Below, piece by piece: positions 12,191 to 23,600 of a stretch of DNA of 34,764 bases. This DNA is from Chiloscyllium plagiosum. Lineage: Eukaryota. The DNA lies in contig NW_025214675.1 of assembly GCF_004010195.1 (NCBI RefSeq), positions 13,916-48,679 of the forward strand, written 5' to 3'. The notes under the pieces are model-generated. The model worked only from the letters and a program-made list of their open reading frames with translations, was not told the origin of the DNA and did not search any database. Numbering within the stretch: the first letter of the stretch is position 1; each line of letters starts with the position of its first letter. Both the position numbers and the translations under genes were made by a program.

Positions 12191-13944
12191 AAGTCCACCT
12201 CTGCCCAGGAAGTCCTTCCTTTGGGGTATCCCACCTGGACATTCTTGACAATGGTCTCCACAGCTTGAGTAAATATCAGAGCCTTTTTGCCTTTGGAAGC
12301 TTTGACATAACTTTTTAGAATTGCAATTAATGTTTTTAACAAATCAGCTATCTCCACCATTTTGCTCACATCCAAGCAGATGAAGATCTGAGACTGGAGG
12401 CCAATTTTCTCTGTAAAGTCTGGGACAAGAGCCAGGAGACAGCAGCTGTGTACTCAGAGGCAGTCCTGACGAGTCATCATCTATAGTCACATGCAGACAT
12501 TCCATCCCAAAATGAAACAGAACAAAAAAAGGAAATTATTTACATTCTCCAAAATGGTTTTCTGATACTCAGGCTGGAACGAATCCTTTCAAATTTAATT
12601 GAATCAATTTCCAATGGAGTAAATATACTTCAGTCATCAGCATACCCTGATAGAACTCAAAACAGAGTTCCTAATGAACATGAATGTTGCCAAGCCATAG
12701 GATTATATTTTGGGAAAATCATTAGGTGGGGGTGGATTATGAGGAGAGAGAATTTTAACATTTGCAGTTACTAAGTCCAACCACCCAGTGCAGTAGCAGA
12801 AGTGACATGGGGACACATAGCAAGATAAAGGGAGATGATACCTCCAAAGTGAAGTGAACAGCAATTAATTGTGCAGACCTGATATTTAGTACAAGTTCCA
12901 CCAACTCAAGGGGTAGTTTAGCTTTCCGCTATCAGCTTCAGCATCATCCATGAATGAAAATGAACCAAGATATTTCTGCCACTAAATGCAAGTGCAGTTC
13001 AAAAGGTTTTATGCCAAATAGAGCAAAAACACATATCTGTAGGGTAAATATGCTCTAGAAGAAGAAAAATCAGGAGCTGTATTCTGAAAAACAGGTCTCT
13101 GCTGTTAGCCTTTTTATCTCACACCTGTACTTTCCTCCCAAAATATTTGATTATTGTAATATTGATATGAAAACACAGGTCAATTTTTCCCACTGACTTT
13201 GATCACCTATTACAGTTTTTCCATAAACACAGAGGGAAACTACTTTGGATGTGAATGGAGATCCAGTTCTAATTGTTTGCCTGCCTTTCTACATGAATTC
13301 AATGAAAGCGTTCTTATGAAGCAACCCATGTTGAATTATTTCCATTTGACATAGTTGAATTGAAGTAACTGTAAAATATCAAAAGGCTGGCTTGTTCAAT
13401 TACGTGAAAAATTTGACTGCAGCTGTTAAAACTACATTAAAGCAAAACCATATTCTCATTTGCAGGTACTGCACAAGTAGATTAAGATACAATCTCCCAA
13501 GATTCATATTTCCATAATTAAATGGGCCATTACTCTGCCATGAAACAGACAGACAGATGTCAAATGCCAACTTCCCTTTTCATTCTTCCAACAAAATATT
13601 GGTTATCTGCAGTTTCTGAAAACATGCTTTGCTTATTCTATACTGTGGTTGAACCCAAATCTGGGGTTTACACTGTTTGTCAAAAAACTCCTACTGAAGT
13701 AATTCACATCCATATTTTCAAGCTCCCTATGTTCTTGTTAAAATCAACTCAAGGGATTAAATTCTCCAAACAAGTCTGCACAAGCAAAGAACCCAGTTGG
13801 GAAAATATACTTCGAGTATTGTTTCAGATTCATGCTGAAGTGAATCTTTGTAGACCTTCCGGGAAAGTTGTTTAACAAGCAATAATGTCCCTTAATTGGC
13901 AGTTCACCATTTTTTCCCAAAAATCTCACCATAATTCCAGAAGA

Positions 13945-14800
13945 CCTTAAGATATATGAGCAAAATTAGGCCATTCGACCCCTCGCAACTGCTCCGCCAT
14001 TCAATCATGGCTGATACGTTTCTCAACCCCAATCTCCTGCCTTCTCCCTGTAACCCCTTATCACTCAAGAACCTACCTATCTCTGCCTTAAATACATTAT
14101 ATGACTTGGGCTCAAAGGCTTTTGCAACAATGAGTTACAAAGATTCACCACCCTGTTTAGATGTTCTGCTAGGATCCTGGTCCCAGATCGGTTCAGGTGC
14201 AGCTCAAACCCAATGGTATAGATCCCATCTGTTCCAAAATGAATGCCCCATGAAATGGAACTCCTCTTTCCCATACTACTCCTTTAGCCAGATGTTTACT
14301 TCCCTAATCATCTTTTCATTTTTCTCGTGGCTCAGAGAATAGTCCAGAGATTAGAACCTTGAAGGTCCTTTTTTTTTTAAATTTTGATCCTAATTCATGA
14401 TATTCCCCAAACAGGATTCTTGCCCATGTGTTGGCCCCAACTTGGACCACAACATATGGATCCTTCCCCTCCCATTCCAATATCCTTTCAAGCCAGTTTG
14501 AGATGTCCATACCTTAACCCAAGGCAGGCAACACACCATGCAGGACTTGATAGATAAGAAGCTGGAAGGGCACAGCAATTCTGACAACATCCGAAGAGTA
14601 GGAAAGTAAATATTTTGAGCCAAAATACCATGCAGAACTCTGGATCCTATTTACAAAAGGATGCTATCTGTACCTCTAATTATAGAATCACCCTCCACTA
14701 CAACTTTTCTTTTCAAGATCAATGGCTGAATCCCTATGACTGATTGACAGTATGCGATTCCTCTGGCTGTAGATGCTGGCCCTACAGAACTGACTATTGC
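13945..14800 (-). mobile_element. Internally deleted CR1: ORF1 SGNH/esterase-like region joined to the ORF2 end and 3' UTR
   Basis: VCCLP, LEWEGKDPYVVVQVGAN, KVLISGL and LHLNRSGTRILA (ORF1 esterase), followed directly by RVVNLCNSL and tail gggtcgaatggcctaattttgctc. Confidence 0.8.
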
Positions 14801-14899
14801 CCACTCTCCTAACTATATTGCACAGTGAGATAGCTCCAATATCGAAATGGGCCACACTGGACTTATCTGATTTTGTTGTAAATCTCACTATTACCCACT

Positions 14900-15600
14900 T
14901 CACTCAAACTCTGATAAAATTCTGCTCCATGTCCTTGTTCTATGAATTAGACACTAATACTGCTCATCCAGCTAATGAGGACAGCTTTTCTTTGTCTACC
15001 TCTTATAAATCTTTCACATTCTTGTACACCTCTCTCAAAATTTCTCCACAATCTCCTTCACTCAAGAAACCTAACTTCTCCAGCATAATGTTGAAGCCAT
15101 AATTACTCATCGCTGTAACTAATCGGATTACTAATTTGGTAACTAATCTCTTCTGTACTTTATGAACCTCATATTTCCTGAAGAATGATGAACAGAACTG
15201 GAGAAAATATACTAGCTGTAGCCAAATCAAAAATGTTGTACAGTTTCAGCAGAACTTACATGCTTTTGTACTGAATATCTATTTCTGATGTCTGAGCTCC
15301 AATATGCTTTGCTAACCACTCCCCAAATTAATAGGCACTGTCCCATTCAAGTTTAATGCATATGACCCCCTCTGAACCTGCACACTCCTTTGAACTATAC
15401 TAGTGAGTCTACATTGACTGTCCCTATCGGTTCTCCCAGTATACATCTCAGACTTAACTGTATTCAAACTTGTCAACCACTTGTCTGCCTTTTCTTTTCG
15501 ACTATTCGTGCAATCAATTGGTATCACCCTCGCTGTTTGCCACAAAAATAAAATAACATAATTAAGTCTTTTACATCATCACACAAAACTGTCAAAAGCA
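14900..15600 (-). mobile_element. Old CR1 ORF2 C-terminal fragment
   Basis: HKVQKRLVTKLV...LEKLGFLS...ILREVYK resembles CR1 LERVQRRFTR..LY..RL..LGLFSL...DLIEVYKI. Confidence 0.55.
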
Positions 15601-16770
15601 CCCACATCACATTTTAATTGGTAAGATGTTCATTAGTCACACTGAACTTGTCATGTATTATTAATCTCTCGACTGCAAATAAAATTACAGTCCATATCTA
15701 AAGAAAATATCACAATAGAGTGCACAATATTGGTTTAATTTACATGACAAATGGATTTTTAAATTAGTAGCCCAAGTGACAAAGTTTCATACAGACTGGT
15801 TGCCTCAATAACCTGCACGACCTTTGATAAAGAAAATCAGTACAGCATATTTTTTGATATGCCCTGTTTCAAAAGAATGCTTAGCTCTTTGTACACCAAC
15901 TTTAGTACCAGATGTCCTTCATAAATGGTTGCCTTCCAGCAAGATCTGCTTCCATAGCAGATTTATACTACTCCAATCACAGTATCTCCAACACCTTTTT
16001 CTGCACATTTAAGGGGATAACTCTTATACTGTGTTATCACAGTTAACAAAATGCTAATTTACAATATAGTAGAAAAAAAAAATCAAACTGACAAAAATAC
16101 CTTTCATTATTATTTCAATATTCTCAATATAATATCCAATTAATAAATACCTTCCTGTTGTTATTATAGCTTTCAAGAGACAGGCTCCTGACTGACACCT
16201 GGCTAGTTTTTATCTCATAAATTCAGTTGATCACTAATTATTAAACATTTTGTCAGTTTCTTTTGTCTTTGTATAGGTAACAACTTCAATAGTCATCACC
16301 CCAGTTATTATCTTAAACATTCAATTTGGGCTTGTTTATATGTTTGAAATGACCATTTCCAACAACCTCGTTCAATTCAACTGGACAGGAGAGTTTTGAA
16401 AATAAATTTCCACATCTCTTAGCAAACTCTCAGCTACACCAGCTGTTAACCTAGATAATAATGATAGCTGCCCTAAGCAAACTAATTAGCAGCTCCCATT
16501 TTTTTCTTTCCCGTCAAAAATGCCCTGCTCAGCATTCTCAAGTGTTCTAAATTAAGTGACAGCCATTACTATTATCCGTGCAAAGTGCTCTTTCCTGACT
16601 TATTTCCTAAATTATGAGATAGGTGATCTTCACATTCTCTTGTGAGAAACACTATTTGATGCATAATCTTACACAATTTTAAAATAAGTGCATTTTGGAA
16701 TTCCAGTGCCATGGTCAGGTGAAGAACAGGTCCAAATTGTTCAGGACATGGAGTGTTAAGATTTCTAATA

Positions 16771-16803
16771 TTATTTATTTATGTATTTATTTATTTATTT
16801 ATT
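16771..16803. repeat. (TATT)n microsatellite, imperfect
   Basis: ttatttatttatgtatttatttatttatttatt. Confidence 0.85.
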
Positions 16804-17529
16804 CGGAATAACATTCTCAATATTCCATGATATCATCCTCGCACAAAACATTATTTTTATAGTGAAGTTCTAAAGACATGCAGTCAGGGTTTTTTTTTTA
16901 ATGTGCAAGGACTGCCTATGTGTTTCTCCTCCTGGCTGCCTTTTCTGAATAAATCCAAGATACATTGAAAGCCAGAGTAAATGATTCATTCAGTTTTGTG
17001 TTGTGCAACAGTGCCTTTATCCGCCAGTTTTGGCAAAGTGTGATCCCTTCACATCTTGCTCAATTTCAGCGCCTGTGAGCAAAGAGCAGCGTTGAAATCA
17101 TCTGTGGATAAAATTACAATGGTAGAGAAAATGGATAGATGCAGATGATGCGTGAAAAATTTTGCATAATCAGGTACTTTTAAAAATGCAATAAGGAAAG
17201 TTTTGCAGTCAGGAACTCTCAAACTAAAGTGAAAAAAAACGTGCAGTGGGGCAGAGTCTAAAACAGAAAGGCGAATACTTCAGTTGGAACCTTTTGTCAG
17301 AAGTCATATCCTAAGAGTATGAATGAACGGTTTCATTCCAAAATGTAAACCAGCATTTCATTTCCAGATTGTAATTAGCATTAGGTTTAAACTACATTGT
17401 ACAACTAGAGCATGAGATCTAGGCCATCATGCAACATTGAGGAAGCATTAACATTTCAAAGCAGCCTTCTTTCATTTGAGATATATACACCTTTCAAAAG
17501 ATCCAATAGACTAATCAAAAAAAGAGCAT

Positions 17530-17725
17530 AGGATCTCTTTTCAGTACCCCATCCAACGTTTTGGCCCTCAACTAATACCACCATTGATTTTGTGGACCCT
17601 TGGTGCATCCAAATTGTTTGTCTTCTTTGCCTCCCAGGAGTTACAATTTAATCGCTCTAAAGTATTTTAGTTTGTCCCAGGGACAGCAACAGGACTATAG
17701 AAGTCCCAACTTTTTCTTTCTTTGC
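17530..17725 (+). mobile_element. Highly degraded DeuSINE (SacSINE1/AmnSINE1-like) 3' half
   Basis: ccaacgttttggccctcaactaataccacc...tttgtggacccttggtgcatccaaattg...ctatagaagt...ttctttc resembles the recalled Deu-domain plus tail. Similar tail remnants on the minus strand near 19520-19610 and 30110-30220. Confidence 0.45.
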
Positions 17726-17836
17726 ATTTCTTCTCATTTTTATGTTCCATTTGACTCTGCCCAGGATCTGAATTAGTTGAAAGCCTGAAATGCAATATTT
17801 CTATTATTTGATCGCGTTTTCACCTGCAGGTTTTTA

Positions 17837-18161
17837 ATTAGATTAGATTAGATTACTTACAGTGTGGAAACAGGCCCTTCGGCCCAACAAGTCTACACCG
17901 ACCCACCAAAGCGCAACCCACCCAGACCCATGCCCGTACATTTACCCCTTCACCTAACACTACACGCAATTTAACTTGGCCAATTCACCTGACCTGCACA
18001 TTTTTGGACTGCGGGAGGAAACCGGAGCACCCGGAGGAAACCCACGAAGACACGGGGAGAAAGTGCAAACTCCACACAGAGAGTCACCTGAGGCGGGAAT
18101 TGAACTCGGGTCTCTGGCGCTGTGAGGCAGCAGTGCTAACCACTGTGCCACTGTGCCGCCC
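17837..18161 (-). mobile_element. HE1-type V-SINE, full length
   Basis: tRNA head GGGCGGCACAGTGGCACAGTGGTTAGCACTGCTGCCTCACAGC with B box GAGTTCAATTCCC, V-domain GTGTGGAGTTTGCAC..CTCCCCGTG..GGGTTTCCTCCGGGTGCTCCGGTTTCCTCCC, CR1-like tail GGGCCGAAGGGCCTGTTTCCACACTGTA and (CTAAT)n end. Confidence 0.93.
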
Positions 18162-19229
18162 ACAGTTTATCCAGTTTTGTATATTAACAGTAACATTTAG
18201 TAGAAAACATAATCAGATCAAATTCCCATTAAGTACGCAGTAACATTCATCAGATTAACATCATTCAGCCAAAAAGAAACAAGGATCAAGTATTCCCTTA
18301 ATGAACTTCATTAGGAAGTAGGGTAATTAATTGCTGCCAGAAAAGTCAAAAGTTTCTCTTTGTCATTATTCTGACTGGAAATATTCGAAGGAGAGTTCTG
18401 AAAGCTTATTTTTCTGGAAAGAACATAGAGTTTTGTTTGCTTTGTTCAGACCCTATCAAATTGGAATGTAGATGCAGGCTTTCCATCAATCACATATGCA
18501 TACACAAGTTCAACTGTTAGACTTTTCACATAAGGATGATTGATAGTGTTGGGATCCCAAACACCTTTTAAATGTTAAGAGATGAACACCCAAGATATAA
18601 ATAAAATTTGCATTCTGAAAGCATCTGCACTCTGACTGTTGTATCATTAGAATGATATCCAGCCACATGATTGTGTTAAGCAATATATTCCAAATGGAAA
18701 TATTTTGTTGATTTGCAGGAAAATATATGTTTATCTGATTTAAATTCAATGTAGTTTTCACCATATCCACTGGAATTTAAAATTCAATGATTAATATAAT
18801 CTCAATTTAAAACCAATGCTTCTCAGATCAAATGAGTCGCTTGTTTTCACTGATATTTTGCCTTTTCTGTCTTTTGTGCAATGAGAAAATTTCATAAAAT
18901 TTATAAGTATTTAGGTAATTGTGAAATATGCAGCTGACAAAAGATTTTTTTGACTCAATTAATTCATTTATTCATGTGTGCTGTGCCCAAAAGTAACTCC
19001 TTGACTCATTGTCTGATAATTTGGAGCTGTTGACAGTTTTTGTTAGTGGTGCTTGCTTTCCATTCTTAGGGGCAGAACAATGAATCATCTCCCAAGTTTA
19101 CCTCTGCATAATGGAAATCAAACCTGTGCTGCGGGCATCAGTCTGAATGACATGGGAGGCATCAAACCAAATGAACCAACCAATCCCATTCTGAGTTGTC
19201 GTGACAACATGCATTCTTACATTTCATGG

Positions 19230-19465
19230 AACTATGGGCAGTGATGGCAGAGATGCCAACTTTCTTTCCACCACATGTCTGACCAGGACTTTCTCCCACT
19301 CTTACTTCCATACCACTGGTATGTGTAGGGAGATCAATGATAAAACACACTGTTTGGACACATTATGACCAGACCTTTCTTGGCTAAGTCTTGGATTGGG
19401 ACTCAAAGCCAGAGCTTCTGGCTCAGAGAAAAGGGTGTCCCCCCCCATTCCACTGCAACGCCTCA
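19230..19465 (-). mobile_element. Degraded tRNA-derived SINE-like repeat, same family as 2014-2260
   Basis: Minus strand reads gaggcgttgcagtgg...ctctgagccagaagctctggctttgagtccc. Confidence 0.5.
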
Positions 19466-20277
19466 AATAGATCTTTTCAATTAAGACAGTTTGATTCATC
19501 ACAAAGAATACAAAGTTTGCTATTTTTGTAACTCCTTTACAACCCTAGGATTTCTTACAGCTTTTCATAGATGGTGAATTACATTTTGAAGTTTGATCAC
19601 TGGCACATTGATTAAAATAATGCCCACCGAAAAATAAAGTAATCCAAGACCTCAATGTATGGAGCACATATATTCTGCGTATAAACATCCCCCACTGCTT
19701 CAACCAGTTTTCTTTTGAAATAAAGGCAAATTAGTAAATCTGGAATTACTTTAAGTCATTAATCCAATAGTAGACATGACATGTTTTAAGGAAAACATCC
19801 TGTTCAGTTTTATTTTTAAGATCTAAATACATTGCCAGTAGCTTCTCCAATAATAAAATTCAAACAGGAAGAAGTGGGTTGAAAAAAATCTGCCTGAGAC
19901 AGATCTGCCTGACTTGATTCTATTTTTAAAAATTTGTGCGCCAAGATTATCAGATATGATCCATAAACCCAAGCTGACTTGAAATTAGTTCAATGCCAGA
20001 AAATTCATCTAAACATAAAATGACACTTTGTCCCACAATCATTTGTTCTCCTTGTAAATGTTACATATTTGGCAAAAGTTGGGAACTGGTATTAGTTCCA
20101 TAACATAAGGATGGCAATGCTAATACATGTGTCAAGAATATTGACTGTTAATATTTTTAATAAACCCTTGCTCATTTTGAAGTTAGATGCTACGTGTTAG
20201 GACAAGCACAGCCTCAGTGATATATTTTAAGTCGTGGATAAGAATTCTAAAAGTCTGACATTGCACTATGGAAATCC

Positions 20278-20372
20278 TTATTCCTGAAGAAGGGCTTATG
20301 CCTGAAACGTCGATTCTCCTGTTCCTTTGATGCTGCCTGACTTGCTAAGCTTTTCCAGCAACACATTTTTAA
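20278..20372 (+). mobile_element. 95-bp Penelope-derived insert with 13-bp TSD
   Basis: actatggaaatcc occurs at 20265-20277 and 20373-20385. The body matches the repeat at 1-51. Confidence 0.9.
20280..20315 (+). ncRNA. Minimal hammerhead-ribozyme-like motif
   Basis: CUGAAGA (20284-20290), extra A, stem II GGGC/GCCU with UUAU loop, GAAAC (20304-20308), GUC (20309-20311). Palindromic ACGU stands in for stem III. Stem I is weak. Confidence 0.6.
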
Positions 20373-21682
20373 ACTATGGAAATCCACCAAAGAGGTCCAA
20401 AAAAAAGTTTGCATTCAGGTGATCTTTAAGAGCCAAACACTAATTGTAACACAAACACTGACAATGACATGCTCAAATGTGATATGCAGTGATGTTATGC
20501 ATCACTTACTGTCTCCACAGAACCAAATACACATACAATAATTTTCAAAATGCAAAACCTTCCAAAATCTTAGCTGAGGTGCAAAGTTATCATTGAATTC
20601 TGTGGAAACATTGTGTACAGGTTTTACAAGAGGAAAGGAGGCAGACTTACAATGGCAATAAGGCCAAACTCTACATCTTCAAGAATTAGATAGATTTCAG
20701 TGGCATGGCATCCCACACTGAATTCATTCAATCTGGACTGCTGCCATCCCAGGATCCATGTGCCATAAATACAACTCTGCACTCTACCTCAAATGTTATT
20801 TGCAGATAGCAAGAGGAAATAATATGGGTAGACCTTAGCCACTCAAAATCAATGGCTCAACATCAGACATCTTTCTTATTCGAGCAGTTTAATACTATTA
20901 GAACCCAAATAGGTATTGCATATTCATTTTGCCTGGATGTCTTTATTCAAAAGACATGATGTTGATGAAGGACTGAAAGACACTGCCTCCAAATTTTTCA
21001 GATGAATGAGGTGAAATTTAATGCTCATCCACATGGCACATTCGATGGCAGAGAATATGGTGGGTAAGGGACCCTGATAAGATTTGTGGGTGAAAGGCCA
21101 ACTCCACTACCAATGGAGGCTCGTGTTGGGCAATGAATACCTACTTAAGGATCACATTCCACAACCATTTACCAATCATGCAGTGAAGAAGGGATTTGCC
21201 AGGTAGGAAGCTCAACAAATAAACCTGTATGGGGTTGCTAGTCAGGAGATCCCCTATTTAAAAGCATTCAGTTCCTGATTGAGGGACTGGGCACAGAAAA
21301 GTGGGGGTGGGCCCCTTTTAAAGTTACTGCCCTCATCACTCCCCAACCACCCTTGCTGCCAACTGCTCTTCCCATGACCCTTTTGGCATCACTTAACCTG
21401 CTTCCATTAGTAGCCTCATGAATGAAGTACTGGCAGCAGCCATGCACTCCAACATGGTGCCACAATTAATAAAACTACCAACCCAGAATCTTTGAAGGCC
21501 CAGTTATGACCTGACCATTCTCTGAATGGCACTTAGTTTGGTGTTCTGTAAAGGAGACATAGCAGGACTCTTGCTGGCTCTCCTGTCAGTGAGTGGGACC
21601 CCCATTATATACCAACCTTTAGATTTTCGTTAATAACAAACATCAACAAACAATGAATTTTTTGGTATTTTGAGAGGATAAG

Positions 21683-21703
21683 TAATAATAATAATAATAA
21701 TAA
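21683..21703. repeat. (TAA)7 microsatellite
   Basis: taataataataataataataa. Confidence 0.9.
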
Positions 21704-21963
21704 CAACAAAATTGAGGTATTGTTTATTTCTGTTAATGTCTTTGAAAATATAGAATGATTTGGAGTCTTTCAATTTATCTTGAGTTACGTACCTCAAATC
21801 GGAATGGTGTGGCACATGAATAACAAAGAAAGTCACAGAAACACACAATGCCACATTATTTAAAATTCCTATCTTTTGCACGGACTGTTGTGTGCTTTTG
21901 TGATTTTACCTTATCAATTTGACCTTCAGCCAGCCCTCATTAATCATATCTGTCTTCCTTTAC

Positions 21964-22091
21964 CTGACGGTACTGAAGGCTGCTGTTCTTGGCTTTCCTT
22001 CTCAGCAGCAGCAGTAGAAGAGCTCTGCGGAGGCACTTTGACAGGTGTTGTCTCTTCAGGTGTCTCGAATGCTCCCTCGGAGTCTGAACTC
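21964..22091 (-). CDS. TACC2: TACC2 128-bp coding exon: SSDSEGAFETPEETTPVKVPPQSSSTAAAEKESQEQQPSVPS
   Basis: Acceptor ttcgttttgtttcAG (22093-22092) and donor CAG|GTAAAG (GT at 21963-21962). Manual translation gives the conserved TACC1/2 motif SSDSExxFETPE followed by TTPVK. The final G plus TG of the 6445 exon makes GTG (Val), keeping frame. Confidence 0.93.
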
Positions 22092-23394
22092 CTGAAACAA
22101 AACGAATACATTCTGTGAGAAGGCCATTCAATTCCATAAAGATTCTAGCCCCATTAGTTCCGATCCTCTTTCCCTAAACTAACACAAGAACTTGCCTTGC
22201 TCCAGTTATTTTCTGCACAAACTGGAGGCTATAGTCTCCTCCACCACACACAGCAGACCATGTCCATCGAGCCCATTGTACTGGAGAGAGAATATGCGAC
22301 CGACTAAAAGCCATTTCTTCCCTAATTCTATCTACACTGTGATTTAGTTCAAAATAGGCAAAAAACTGAAAAATTCCTGTTTAGTTTACAGAATGCAAGT
22401 CACTGCAGGCAGGGCATCCTTTATGCTTCCAGCAACTGATGTTCTTTCACAAGTTCTTTGTATGGCATAAAGTAGACTCGATTCTATTAATTGTTCTCCG
22501 TTCACAGCGTGAACCCACTGCTGGCAGCATATACGCTGGTGCAGAAGGACTTCAGTGTTGTGTCTGACGGCATCAATTACTTGACTGACCAGATCCTATG
22601 CTGTGATTTTCACTGAATTTCAATCAGATCCGAAACCCCATTCCTGCTTTCACAGCACCACTGCCTGGAGCCTACCATTAGCGTGGAGGTATTCTGTTAG
22701 CAGACTCACACACACTTTCAAAGAGATCCTCTGGCACTGTGCACCAGCACAACCCCTTCATACTATTGTACTAAACCTCTGTCATTGCGTGTCTTCATGG
22801 CTGTTTCCAGGATAAGAATGGAGATGATAAATTAACACTTCACTCTCTCAAAGCTTCTCTTTTCAGCAGGTTATTTTTTTAATTGATCAGAACAGTAGGA
22901 AATTGTGATGGAGAAAATGAACTTTACATTTCAGCGGTAAGCAACAAATTAATATTTGGGCAGCCTGAAATTGATAATGGAAGGTGATTGCAACATTGTG
23001 GCACCGGGATGCATCAATCAATATCTATGTTAATTGTATTCCACAGACTGGTCCACAATACGTACGACTTTTCATAAAGGACCAGCATTTTGATAGACCA
23101 GGGTTTCACCCTGTAAAATATTACCTATGATCAGTAGAGGACTAGGCCATTCAGCCCCTCAAGTTTGTATAGCATTCAATTAGGTCAATGCTGCCTAACC
23201 TGGTCGCCACCCTTCATATGTCATGAATCAGCGACAGGCGTGTGTGAAACAGTAGTGAGTGGCTTTAATGTCACAATGCAAATGGGGGCTTAATTCAAAC
23301 TATTATTTATCATCTGTCCCAAGCAAGAAATCAACAACTGTTATACAGAAGTTACAGAAGTCAGACTGTGACTATACTTATCAGATTATAATGA

Positions 23395-23600
23395 AAATCT
23401 GTGGATGTTGGAAATCTGAAACAAAAACAGATTGCCAGAGAAACTCAGTAGGTCTGGCAGCATCTGTGGAGAGAGAAAAGCAGAGTTAACATTGAGTCCA
23501 GGAACCTGTTCTGAACAAAGAGTCACTGGACTTGAAACATTACTTCTGTTTCTCACTACAGATACTGCTAGAGTTTCTCCAGCACCTTTTGCTCTTATCA
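23395..23600. mobile_element. Older inverted pair of Penelope-type terminal fragments
   Basis: Left arm gagaaactcagtaggtctggcagcatctgtggagagag..agcagagttaac is the imperfect reverse complement of the right arm ...ttctgtttctcactacagatactgctagagtttctccagca. Decayed core CTGAAC..GAGTCactgGACTT-GAAAC starts at 23511. Confidence 0.7.

Larger units (their letters stand above)
6446..21963 (-). other. TACC2: TACC2 intron (15,518 bp, GT-AG, phase 1)
   Basis: Lies between the two exons above, with canonical ends and matching phase. No further exon recognised inside. Confidence 0.85.

Noticed and set aside
12187..12480. Minus-strand ORF vaguely like an LTR-retrotransposon pol fragment
   Set aside because: No diagnostic motif; too weak to call.
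17960..18243. Short ORFs and a tRNA-like sequence
   Set aside because: All lie within the HE1 SINE; the tRNA-like part is the SINE head, not a tRNA gene.
21000..21630. GC-richer block that may be a DNA-transposon remnant
   Set aside because: No convincing TIR pair or TSD could be defined by eye.
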